Below are positions 53,170 through 64,000 of a DNA stretch of 64,000 bases, in pieces (the first letter of the stretch is position 1; the number at the start of each line of letters is the position of its first letter). Below the pieces are notes generated by a model. The model worked only from the letters and a program-made list of their open reading frames with translations. It was not told the DNA's origin and searched no databases. The position numbers and the translations under genes are program-made. Source of the DNA: Octopus sinensis (Eukaryota); assembly GCF_006345805.1 (NCBI RefSeq), contig NC_042997.1, forward strand, positions 65,224,001 to 65,288,000, in the 5' to 3' direction.

Positions 53170-54073
53170 TTATGAGCCCGTAAGGACTCACACGGTAATT
53201 TTGATATCCCGATGGGGCCAAGTGACTCAGCTGAGTAACTCTCCTCGCGGGATGTAATTTATTCTCTTGCTTCCAGCATTGTTTCCTCTCTCTTTCCGAT
53301 GGTTTCTAAAGAGTTGATGCTCTGCTTGATGATCCCGGGCGGTAATAATAGCGAACTTGAGTGGTATAGAAAACGAATTAGCTCCATTCTTTAGGAACCT
53401 AGGCTTTAGTGTCTATTTTAGTTCTAACCTTAAAACCGCAGACTACCTAGCTGATACCTCAGATCTCAATAACTATTTTCATCCAAAGCACAAACCAGGG
53501 GAGAACCTTAAGTACATAATATTGCTGTCCAATCAACCTGTCTTTCCTACATTGAGTATTTTATAAAATTTCTTCCCTATCAGTCAATAACAAAATCTTT
53601 GACTAATACACCCATTATTATATCAGTGCGCTCAGTAGAATTGGCTATAGTAACCAAGCTATATATATTCGAATCTGGAAGGATACTCGTCCTTCAGTAT
53701 CCGACACCGGGGATATCTCTACTTCTATAGCGGATATTGAAGGCATCATAATTACCCCTTTCCTTTATGCCCTAATGTATGATTATCGTGTTAGTCTAAT
53801 AGACACCCTACTAGCGATAGGATACCCTGTCTGAACTCTACCACCGCCCATCGGCACTTTTAAAATTTGCCTTCCTATTGTAACTGATATGGTGGAAGCT
53901 CCTTAAAACGCACCGGACAAACTAAAGCCCGTGACAAAATCTGGTTTCCTCCCGCTCCATTATCTCTTAACATCCAAAGTAGGTTACCTAAGTAAATTTT
54001 CGCCTTGTTAGAAAAACACTTCCCCAGGACTAACATGTTCAGAAAAATATATGTAACCGCCAACCTATCAATT
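53170..54073 (+). mobile_element. Decayed Penelope-like RT of a second clade (Naiad-like by motif)
   Basis: GNFDIPMG..DSAE, NLKTADYL..DL, KP..LKYI..SNQP, AL..IGY, RDKIWFPP, LLEKHFP..KIY..NLSIS, matching FD..MG..DGAE, SNHP, R.IIWFNPP and KHFP..L.KIFN. Confidence 0.8.
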
Positions 54074-54080
54074 TCTTCTT

Positions 54081-54149
<69 letters not shown>

Positions 54150-54190
54150 GTTATTATTGTTGTTGTTGTTGTTGTTGTTATTATTATTAT
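54074..54190. repeat. (TTC)n-(TTA)n-(TTG)n-(TTA)n compound microsatellite
   Basis: Directly visible. Confidence 0.97.
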
Positions 54191-54739
54191 TGAGTGAGAG
54201 AGCAGTTCATGCCATCAAAGTGACACTGGGGTAAAATATACGAAGCCCAGTATACCCATCATGACTACCCTCTGATAAGCGTACACCAGGCACATGCATC
54301 ACAACCATATGTGCGTGACATGGTGATCTCATATCAAGATAAACAGCACATGACCTTGCAGGTGGAGCCCAGTTAGAATTTTCTTCAGGTTGAGTAGCCC
54401 ATCCCGCTCAAATGGTCCCTGAATAAGGGTTGTTTAAGGATGTTGAAAGAACCACCCATGTTTCCAGAGGTGAACTATTCAAACCCCAAAGAATCCCTCT
54501 CAACACATGGCTATGATGCTCCCCCACTACTTCTGCTCGTGATCAGAGATGCACATATCGTCAGCCACTAAGGGACATGCTCAACTGGTTAAGGTTAAAC
54601 AACTGACAAGCAAATCTGTGGTATTGAGCAGAATATTTGCTGTAGCCCATCTTTTATACCAAGACAAAACAATGAACATGAGGCAAAACAATGTACATGA
54701 AGACAAAAGAATGTACATGAAGACAAAACAATATACATG

Positions 54740-54740
<1 letters not shown>
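54191..54740 (-). mobile_element. Unclassified non-coding retroelement 3' segment with (TAA)n on both sides
   Basis: GC-richer 550-bp block ending CTCTCACTCA(ATA)n on the minus strand. No ORF. Four 20-bp tandem repeats at its other end. Confidence 0.5.
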
Positions 54741-54785
<45 letters not shown>

Positions 54786-54816
54786 TATTATTACTATTAT
54801 ATATATATATATATTA

Positions 54817-54913
<97 letters not shown>

Positions 54914-55937
54914 ATATATTATATATATATATATCTTCACTTTATATAGTGTATATGTACACATGCCTACATATATGCTTACACACACAAGCTCTCTGAT
55001 ATAGAGGAACCTGCACGAGTATACACATACGCATACGCACGCACATATTTATAAACCCATAAATTCAGCCATACATACCGGTACAGACATACATATATAT
55101 AAATAAACTCTTACAAGCATACCTTTACACACACACACACATGTACAAGCGCACACACACATATTTTTATTAATATCTAGCCAAAGCACCATAATGACTC
55201 AAGGTCAGAGTGACTCTTGTCAGTCACTCTGTTACTTCTGCTAAATATTAATAAAAATATAAGTATACTCATATTTTGAGCTCTATTTTATATTACATAG
55301 GAGGTAATGCGAGATCATGTATATATGCTTAAAAATCTTGATTCAGTATACATGCGTTTGTATGTACATGTATGCATATGTATGGATGCATACATTCTTT
55401 TGTATATTTATACGTCTTAGGTTTTCCTTTTTTAGGCCTACGCTTTTTAAAACAATTTGCGCGTGTATGTGTGTTTGTGTTTGTGTTTGTGTATGTGCGT
55501 GTATGTGTGTGTTTGTGTATGCGTCTTTGCGTATGTGTTTGTATATGTGTTTGTTTGTATGTATGTGTTTGAGTGTGTATTTGTGTGTGCACTATGCATT
55601 TATACATAGTTTATATTCGATGTTAGCTAACTACGTATGTCTTTATTAATATAATCGTTTTATCGTTATGAATTTCACTTTTCTGGGGTTTTTTTCTCTT
55701 CTTTATTTATAATTTTATAATGGATATTGCAGAATTCCTGAAATAATTCCGACGGAAATATAATCCAGCCCCAAGTTGCGGGTGACACCTGGTAGCCCAA
55801 ACCGTGCTAATGTTTTACTCAACACATCAGAACACTAACTGCTATAAACCCATTAGTCCAAATTGTTTTTAATAGTTTCACGTGTTCGATTTTCTTATCA
55901 ATATCTATCTCTCTATATAAGTGCATGTATGAGTGTT

Positions 55938-55973
<36 letters not shown>

Positions 55974-55985
55974 CATACACGCGCA

Positions 55986-56042
<57 letters not shown>

Positions 56043-56282
56043 TAAGTTCACATGTATATTTGTATCCTTTTTTTTCACACGGAAATTCTAATTGTGGCTC
56101 TTATTATACCTGGGATAGCCTTTAGCACATTCTGTCTAGAATTGTGATGCTATCAGTTTTTTCTCACTTACTATCTCTTTCAAGCCCTTGTGTAAAGGAA
56201 TTTTATTGCTAGTTCTGCACACCTCCCTTTATCATTTGCCTACCATCCATTTTCCTTGACATCTATTAACACATCAACCTTT

Positions 56283-56453
56283 AAAGAAATAGGTATTTCG
56301 GCTGCCTTTACGTTCTGAGTTCAAATTCCGCGGAGGTCGACTTTGCCTTTCATCCTTTCGGGTTGGATTAAATAAGTACCAGTTACGTACTGGGGTCGTT
56401 CTAATCAACTGGCCCCAAAATTTCGGGCCTTGTACCGAGATTAGAAAAGGATT
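56283..56453 (+). mobile_element. SINE family B, 5'-truncated dimer (right unit)
   Basis: AAAGAAATAG|GTATTTCG..GAGTTCAAATTCCG..tail 2 GGGCCTTGTACCGAGATTAGAAAAGGATT. Confidence 0.9.
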
Positions 56454-57400
56454 TGGGCTTCGTGTTTCTCTTTTCTTTAACTTGCCATTCACGATCGCCA
56501 CCCACACGTCGGACGATGTAAACAACGTAGACGCAATAGGACCACATGTTTGGCTAAGCTGGTTTTGTGTATCTTAAAATTTATGTGAAGTGCATAGCTG
56601 TACCATGAAACGTTCGCATTTCGCGTCTTACCTATTCTATTCCTCACATATTACTTATGTTTATCTGCACTTTTAGCAACCGGTGTTGCTAACCCGTGAC
56701 CATCAGCTTATCGAAATTCTCTTTTAATTTCAACATAGGACGAAGTGTGAAACGTGCGATGTTAATAAATTTGTATGACAAGTGACAGTGTATGACAAGA
56801 TTGTAAGACCCAATGGCAAGTAGATCATCCCACGTGATTTCTCAAATTTTCAGACTCCCTTAATCTGCTTTGGCTGTTGCTATGGAACCCAGTTTACAAC
56901 AGAAAACCTACCCTGTGCAGTGTGTTGTACAATTGCATCGTATTAGGTTCAGCTACATATTAGGCACTTATATCTTAACATACACTTTGTTACATCATAC
57001 ATGCGTATGCCTGAGCGTATATTTGTTAGCACCTGCGTTCATCCGCTGTGTGCATCTTAGTACAGAGATGTACTGATATTTAGAAAGAATGATTAATTTT
57101 GTCTGCAGAATTGATTGTTTCTAACAGGCTTTATGACTTCCCTTTATTAGATTTCAAACGAATTAGCTGATTTACAATCCAGTTTTCTGGCACTACTCAT
57201 GCTTATAAGCGAGATTATATATTCATGTGTATAAGTTTATTTATAGATTATCAGTAAGCATGGTATTTCAGTTCTTTAGTAAATTAATACACTTCGGATT
57301 TGGATGTACTGTAATGCAAATATAATACACATCGTGTAACTAAACGTAAGATACACACATTTACTGACTCTCTTTCCTCTCCCTCTGGCTCCTCCCTCTG

Positions 57401-57496
<96 letters not shown>

Positions 57497-57742
57497 CCAT
57501 CTATCTCACTCTTTTATTGTCTATCAAAAAGATGGTGGTAGCACACTTAGAATTGACTGTAGAACTCAAGTTTGTCTGTATTTAGTGCAGCAGTTGGGAT
57601 GACGATTGTTTTAACCATTTAGCTAAAGTTAACTATGCGTGAATTTGCATACTAAAACCGCAGGCATACTTATTGTTAGCACTCCTGTAAATTTCTAGGA
57701 TACATATCCGGGGACAAGTACTTCTCTCTCTCCCTCCCTCCG

Positions 57743-57804
<62 letters not shown>

Positions 57805-57858
57805 ATATGCATGTATGTACATGTGTTTATATATAGATATATCATATATATGTATATA

Positions 57859-59385
57859 CTCTACTATCCAAAAGTTTAAGATGACCCACGAAAATTTGTT
57901 TCAAAGTGAAATTTTTAGTTTAATGTCATTGATTTAGATAATTTTTAGGTATAAAAATATGAAATAACACATTGCATAAATTTGGGGTTTATTCGATATG
58001 GATTAACACCATTTATACATATTTTATATATTCATAAACCTATTTCTTGGCGGCAAGCCTATTTGGGAATGTTGAGAAAGGCATTTTAGGGTCCAATTTT
58101 TGACAATGTTGCAGTACATTTTGAATATTTACTATGTGTTCTCGGTTGAAATGATATCGTTTAATAACTGCGTTAACTGTATTATTGTTCTTTCAGGTTC
58201 AATTATTAAAAACAAGTCAAATTAGTGAAATTCCTAAAAGTCAACCTAAATGTGGGAAAAGCCAGTAATTTATCACCTGAAAAGAGCCTTGTCACATTAC
58301 ATAGTGAAGGCTATTACTTTCGAGATATAGCCGTAAAAGTTAAAGATTCCAACACTGCCATCTGCTCCGCTATTGTATGGTATGATGAATTATGAAAGAA
58401 TAACGACAGAGCTCAGTCAGGTCGTCCAAAAGTGATTTCTAAATCACGGGATAAGTTCATCAGTGTCACCAGTCTTCGAAATAAGCGCCTGCTAGCAAAT
58501 GAAATCACTGCACAAGTAAGTGAAGCCGGCGAAATTAACGTGTCTCCTACAACTGTGAGGCGAAGACTCATTGTTGCTTCGATGTAAGCAAATCATATGG
58601 GCCAGAAAATACCAAACTTGGACCGTTGATCAATGGAGACGAATCCTCTAGACTGATGAATCAAAGTTTGAAATCTTCAGATCCCAGCATAGATTTTATG
58701 CGTGGCGAAGAATTGCTGAAGGGCTAACTCCTGGCAGTATAGTTCCAAACACTAAAGCATGATAGGGGAAATATGATGATCTGGAGGTGTTTTGCAGGAC
58801 ATAGTGTTCAGGGATATTCATCGTCTAACAGGAATACTGAACGAAAAAGGATATCGCTGTATCCTCCAGCGTCATACCATTCCATCTAGGACGAGGCTGA
58901 TCGGTGATATTTTCATGCTGATGCAGGATAACGATCCTAAGCATACTTCTAAGCTATGCAAAAACTATTTACATTAGAAAATGGATGGAAAATCTTGACG
59001 GTAATGTCCATCCCAATCCCCCGATTATAATCCCATCGAAATTGTGTGGAGTGAATTGGACTGCAGTGTCAAAAATCGACAACCAACAAGTGCAGAAATC
59101 CCCTGAACACTCTTACAAAAGGAGTGACAAAATACCAGTGAATATATACCTCGATTGCTCGAAAGATGCCCAGATTCAGAATCGCAGTGATCAAGACAAG
59201 AGGTGGATATTTTGATGTGCCTAAGTATTAGAGATTTTCTTTGGTTTCTCACAGTTCTGATTAGTTGCTGAGTTGATTATGTCATCCAATGAATGTAACT
59301 ATACATTAATAAAATATTTCTCCAAAATCTCTCAATTATTTCCATTATGTAGGTTTTTTCAAAATAAGTTTTGGATAGTTATGGA
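57859..59385 (+). mobile_element. Near full-length decayed Tc1 (DD34E) element
   Basis: Termini CTCTACTATCCAAAAG and TTTTGGATAGTTATGG. SGRPK, TVRRRL, W..DQWRRIL*TDESKFE, MIW.CF.G, QDNDPKHTSK, SPDYNPIE.VW, AVIKTRGGYFD. Confidence 0.92.
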
Positions 59386-59794
59386 TGTATATGTATATAC
59401 ATACACACACAAATATATATATATATATAAAATAATATGTACAATTGCGAGTGAAGATGTGTACGTTTTCATAGTGACGTATAAGTACGCACGTGGGTCC
59501 GCGAGCGCACATGTGAGCGTATGACTAGCCGTGTTTTACTATGAAATTTTAATCTTATTTTATATAAGTAGCAGAATTATAACACAGTAATTTCCCTTTA
59601 TATAACGGTATTTTTTCATAGCGCTTTTTCAGATGGCCAGATAACCGAAGAGATGGTGTTGTGGATTTCCACTTCGGCATCTGAAACTATTGAGTAATTG
59701 TACATATTATTTTATAGATAAATTTCCTCTATTTACATAATATTAAGGTCTCTTTCTTTCTTTTGTTATCTTACCGTTTTTACCAATATATATA

Positions 59795-59883
<89 letters not shown>

Positions 59884-59996
59884 GAGGGCATTATTATACA
59901 TACATGCCACACGCTAAGAGGGACAAAATTAGTCATTTCTACCAAAAATTTTACTAATCCCACCGAATGCAATTTTTCAAAGTAAGACATTTAAAA

Positions 59997-60062
59997 ATAT
60001 GGACTTGTATCACCTGTGATTTCATACCTCTGTATTCATCAGCAAGCCTGGACGTATCATAT
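59997..60062 (-). ncRNA. Type I hammerhead ribozyme, intact (copy 1)
   Basis: GGCUUG CUGAUGA AUAC-AGAG-GUAU GAAA UCAC-AG-GUGA UA|CAAGUC: full core, AUA triplet, 6-bp stem I, 9-nt bulge, then AUAUG/CAUAU. Cleavage between 60008 and 60007. Confidence 0.85.
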
Positions 60063-60460
60063 ATAAACGACCCTACCTTGTCTAAGCCGAGCAGCTAACT
60101 AACTGATCAACATCAACGAAGCACATGGTTGAGTTTACATATATTACATCCGGTAAATGGCAGGCTTTTACGAATTGCATTTCGGGAAAGGAAAAGTTTT
60201 TTCGGAATAAAAATTTAGCAATTAAGGACAACTTCTTAATAAGGAAAACTTAACAAGAAATTATCGGGTAGATAGCGTGAAAGACCTCATAAGAGAAAAA
60301 AATTTCGAAAATAATTCTTTCTTATTGAACATATTAATTTATATATAGAGGGCATTATTATACATACATGCCACACGCTAAAAGGGACAAAATTAGTCAT
60401 TTCTACCAACAATTTTACTAATCCCACCGAATGCAATTTTTCAAAGTAAGACATTTAAAA

Positions 60461-60526
60461 ATATGGACTTGTATCACCTGTGATTTCATACCTCTGTATT
60501 CATCAGCAAGCCTGGACGTATCATAT
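60461..60526 (-). ncRNA. Type I hammerhead ribozyme, intact (copy 2)
   Basis: Identical to copy 1. Cleavage between 60472 and 60471. Confidence 0.85.
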
Positions 60527-60534
60527 ATAAACGT

Positions 60535-60620
<86 letters not shown>
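60535..60620. repeat. (TA)n microsatellite
   Basis: Directly visible. Confidence 0.97.
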
Positions 60621-60624
<4 letters not shown>

Positions 60625-61533
60625 CGTATACGTCTTTCAGTGTCACTAATATGATATTAAATAAATAAAATTATACTATGTTTTGGCTTGATACTATCGT
60701 CTGTTCCCTTCACTAAATTGCATGGCTTACATGTTTGTAGAGGCATAAACAGCGGTTGTTAGATGAATATTGCAGTGCAGGATGGTAAACGGAGTTTTGA
60801 TTTATCTTTACATTCGGAGTACAAATGCTGACGGGACCACCTTTGCTTCTTATTCTCCCGTGTCTTTGAAGTATTGATGGTGATTATTCCGGCTATGCTG
60901 TCACTAAAAGTTTGTCTCCTTGTGTCTGTATTATGCTACAATTCTTAAATAAGGTTCGTAGAGCGGCTATATAACAAGAGCTTTGCTCAAAATGTCTCTC
61001 ATTATGTATGTATTTCTTATTACGTTGCGCATTTAAATCACTCCGAGATCAAACTCACGATTCAGCATTTCCAAGGAAAATAAGCAAGCATCAGAAATAT
61101 AGTGCAGTGGACATAATCAACAGAAATTTCCGTAAAGATTTCGGGCACGATAAATTAATATGATATAATAATTAGTAGATTACATTTTAAAAGTATCAAA
61201 GACCCAAATATTAATTTCACGATTGTTTTGTTTGAATTTTTCATTACGTATACTTAAGATGCAACTCGAGAAGAAAGGATACTACTCAACAAAATCCAGG
61301 TGGTGGTGTTATATTGGAAGATTGGTATTTATGTTTTAAAATTGTTCACTAGATCTGTACTGCAATTAGGCATTTGGGAAGCAAATGTTGGAAATAAGTA
61401 AGGCTAGAAACACATATCGCAATATTCATTCTTTTTAAAGAAATTCATAACTCTTGCACGATTTATGGATGCAACTCAACAATGTAAATCGATCGATCGA
61501 ACGAGGAAGCATTCCAATGGTCGTTTGACTTAC

Positions 61534-61674
61534 CGGATCAAATTTCCAAAGTTCACGGCCTCCAAACTCACAAAATTAATGGCGTATTGAATATTTAATC
61601 ATTCAAATATAAATGTAACCAAACGATTATAGTTGGAGCGTTCTGAAGCTCTGCTGTATTCTTTCAAAGGTTAC
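61534..61674 (-). other. Candidate non-coding (5' UTR or lncRNA) exon, 141 nt
   Basis: Strong acceptor TTTATTTTTTGGTTATTTGCAG| and consensus donor CCG|GTAAGT. Stops in all three frames. Confidence 0.35.
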
Positions 61675-62446
61675 CTGCAAATAACCAAAAAATAAACAAA
61701 CACAATCTAGTAACGGACATCGTGATATGAAATCTGACAAAGGAGTGCAATGTATAGAATATTGTGTATATTCATATATTCATACATACAAATAATCTAT
61801 ATAGTGCACAGTTATTACAATAACTGTGCACAATCCTCAGATATACCTACAGTCACACTCATACACAAGCACAGTCATTATTATAAAACAATATAATTCC
61901 AAGTTCTATATCTTACTTCAGTTTCAAACAACAAAATATAACTTTATACTAAATATAATAGTTTTAAATTCAAGGTGTAAAATTTATTGATGGTATCCCT
62001 AAAAGTGAATGAGCGCATTAAATTAGGAAAGTTAAAGTTAATATCAAAATTATTAAAAACCTGGCATAATTATTTGTTTACAATATCTGCAACAACAATA
62101 CAAACATTATATAAAGTAGCAAAACCAAAACGCTAAGGGAAATTAAATTGAGATACTTAGTATATCAAGCGAATTTTTATTATATAGAAATTTAACAAGC
62201 AGTATAAATTTGAAAATATTTATATACTATAGAATTTATCGCATAGTTAAATGTATATAGAAATATAGTTTCTAGTATTGCTCTAAAATATGTTCGGAAT
62301 AATAACCCCAGAGAAATATTGTTTACTAACTAATAAAATAATATGCCTACTTGCTAATTGGATATCTTCCAAGTTTTCTATAAACATACGTACGTAACAT
62401 AAATGCATACATAAACACAGACAAACACAGGTACATAGATACACAC

Positions 62447-62477
<31 letters not shown>

Positions 62478-62978
62478 TATGCATATATATGCATATTTAT
62501 ATATGTATGTATATATGTATGTAAGTATGTATGTATACGCAATCTCCCACTTGTATATAGATTTACCAATGTTTGTACCAGAAATGTTATGTAAGATGAC
62601 ATAGACCATATTACTTAATTAACTATATTACAAAACACCGGTTAACTTATGAGTGATATATCGTTGGCTCAAATGAATTTCAAATCTTAGTTATTCACTA
62701 TTATTAAAGTTACTTATATAAGAAAACAGAGAATACCAATGGCAACCGAAGAATGGTCTGTAATTGTGGATATCCAGTTGGAAATGTAAATGACTTACAT
62801 GAGGTTGTGCTATAAAATGAAGGAAAGATTAATGTTTCGAGCGAACTCGCTTCTATTATCGGTTCAAAAACATGCATAGATATGTTCACACATGCGCGCA
62901 TGCACAAATAAACATATACATGTACGTATGTATATATATATATATACAGATCATACACACACAAACATATATATATAC

Positions 62979-63062
<84 letters not shown>

Positions 63063-63065
<3 letters not shown>

Positions 63066-63555
63066 TAGCTTAAGGTGACCCGGTCTACGCACCAGTGAGT
63101 GTGTGGTTGTTACTTTCTGTTTCTTATCGCCACATTCTCCCTCTTTGTTTCTCTCTCCTTTCTCACTTTCCCACTCTCTTACTCTTCCTTTCTCTCGGAC
63201 TCTCCCTCGGTTTCTCTTACTCTTTAACTTTCTCTATCTATCTCTCTCCAATTTATAAAAAATTGTATTTCGCGTTTAAATTACACATCCACTTCCACTT
63301 TAACATGTTGAAAATTTGATTGAAATTCGGCAAAAGGTGTCCGATCTTGATCCCCAAGTGTCTTCCAAAATCAATAAAATCCCAGTTTCACACCAAAGCA
63401 ACCACTGTAGCACCCCAAAACCTCTCCCAATCAATTTCCCGCCTCAAGTTACCCCCTCCTGTAAATTTTAATCCCCTTCCAGCCACATTTAGACCCCTTT
63501 TTGCATAACAATTCATTTTGTATCAATATTCGCCTTCTTCATTTTATAGATTAGA
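63063..63555 (+). mobile_element. Helentron/HINE-like non-autonomous element
   Basis: Starts TACTAGC..ACCCGG.CTACGC, has a CT-rich tract and ends TTTTATAGATTAGA. A similar start (ATACCTGGCATTGCTCGGGA) follows at about 63560. Confidence 0.4.
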
Positions 63556-64000
63556 CATATATACCTGGCATTGCTCGGGATTAAAATAGTTTATTATTGT
63601 TTTACTTGTTTCGGTATTATAACCCGATTTCCTTCGGGTATACGCAGGCCACATTTTAAAAGATGAGGAATTTTGCCGTAGAAGCCATGCCTTTCAATTG
63701 AGCGATGATGGTGGTTGTGGGGTTGGGGTGGTGGTCTGGGTGATAGCCGAGGCAGTCAGTGATGACGGTGAGAGTGAGTGAAGTGAAAGACAGTGTTGAT
63801 GGTGGTGGAGAGGAAGGTGGCTAAGTCAAAGATATTCTTGGTGGTGGCATCACAGGGCTGAATGGTATGTATATGGCAGAGTTGGTGGCGATGATGGTGA
63901 TACTGTTGTTGGACATGCAACTTTACAACAAGTTCCAAGTTCCGAAATTATATCATTGTTTTGATGAAAATTGTTTACTGCTTGAAAAATATTGTTCAAG

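Larger units (their letters stand above)
59873..60533 (-). mobile_element. Retrozyme-like element: two 197-bp direct repeats (59873-60069 and 60337-60533) around a 267-bp unique core
   Basis: 195/197 identity, period 464 bp, flanked by (TA)n, non-coding, one hammerhead per repeat. Confidence 0.8.

Noticed and set aside
56673-56692. TTAGCAAC-CGGT-GTTGCTAA palindrome as an RFX X-box
   Set aside because: The half-sites are in the opposite order to a real X-box, and there is no promoter evidence.

Overview
AT-rich, microsatellite-dense eukaryotic DNA. It is most likely an Octopus genome, inferred from the two abundant tRNA-derived SINE families and the (TA)n/(CA)n/(TAA)n load. It is mostly intronic or intergenic and filled with decayed TEs: R4/Dong-type RLE LINEs in (TAA)n repeats, RTE and CR1-like LINEs, Penelope-like elements of two clades, mariner, Tc1, maT, pogo, MITEs and Helitron-like pieces. 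Almost all ORFs in the supplied track are microsatellite or TE artefacts. One credible host exon (minus strand, 10087-10376, poly-Asp, GC-AG donor) suggests a minus-strand gene. The main discovery is a set of hammerhead ribozyme (HHR) motifs from several unrelated repeat families. The best is a retrozyme-like element at 59873-60533: two 197-bp direct repeats, each with an intact type I HHR, which predicts a 464-nt self-excised RNA that could circularise. Two fold-back elements at 26.2-26.9 kb carry HHR motifs at their inversion points, one with an apparent G3:C8 core swap. All calls were made by eye, without database searches or folding software.
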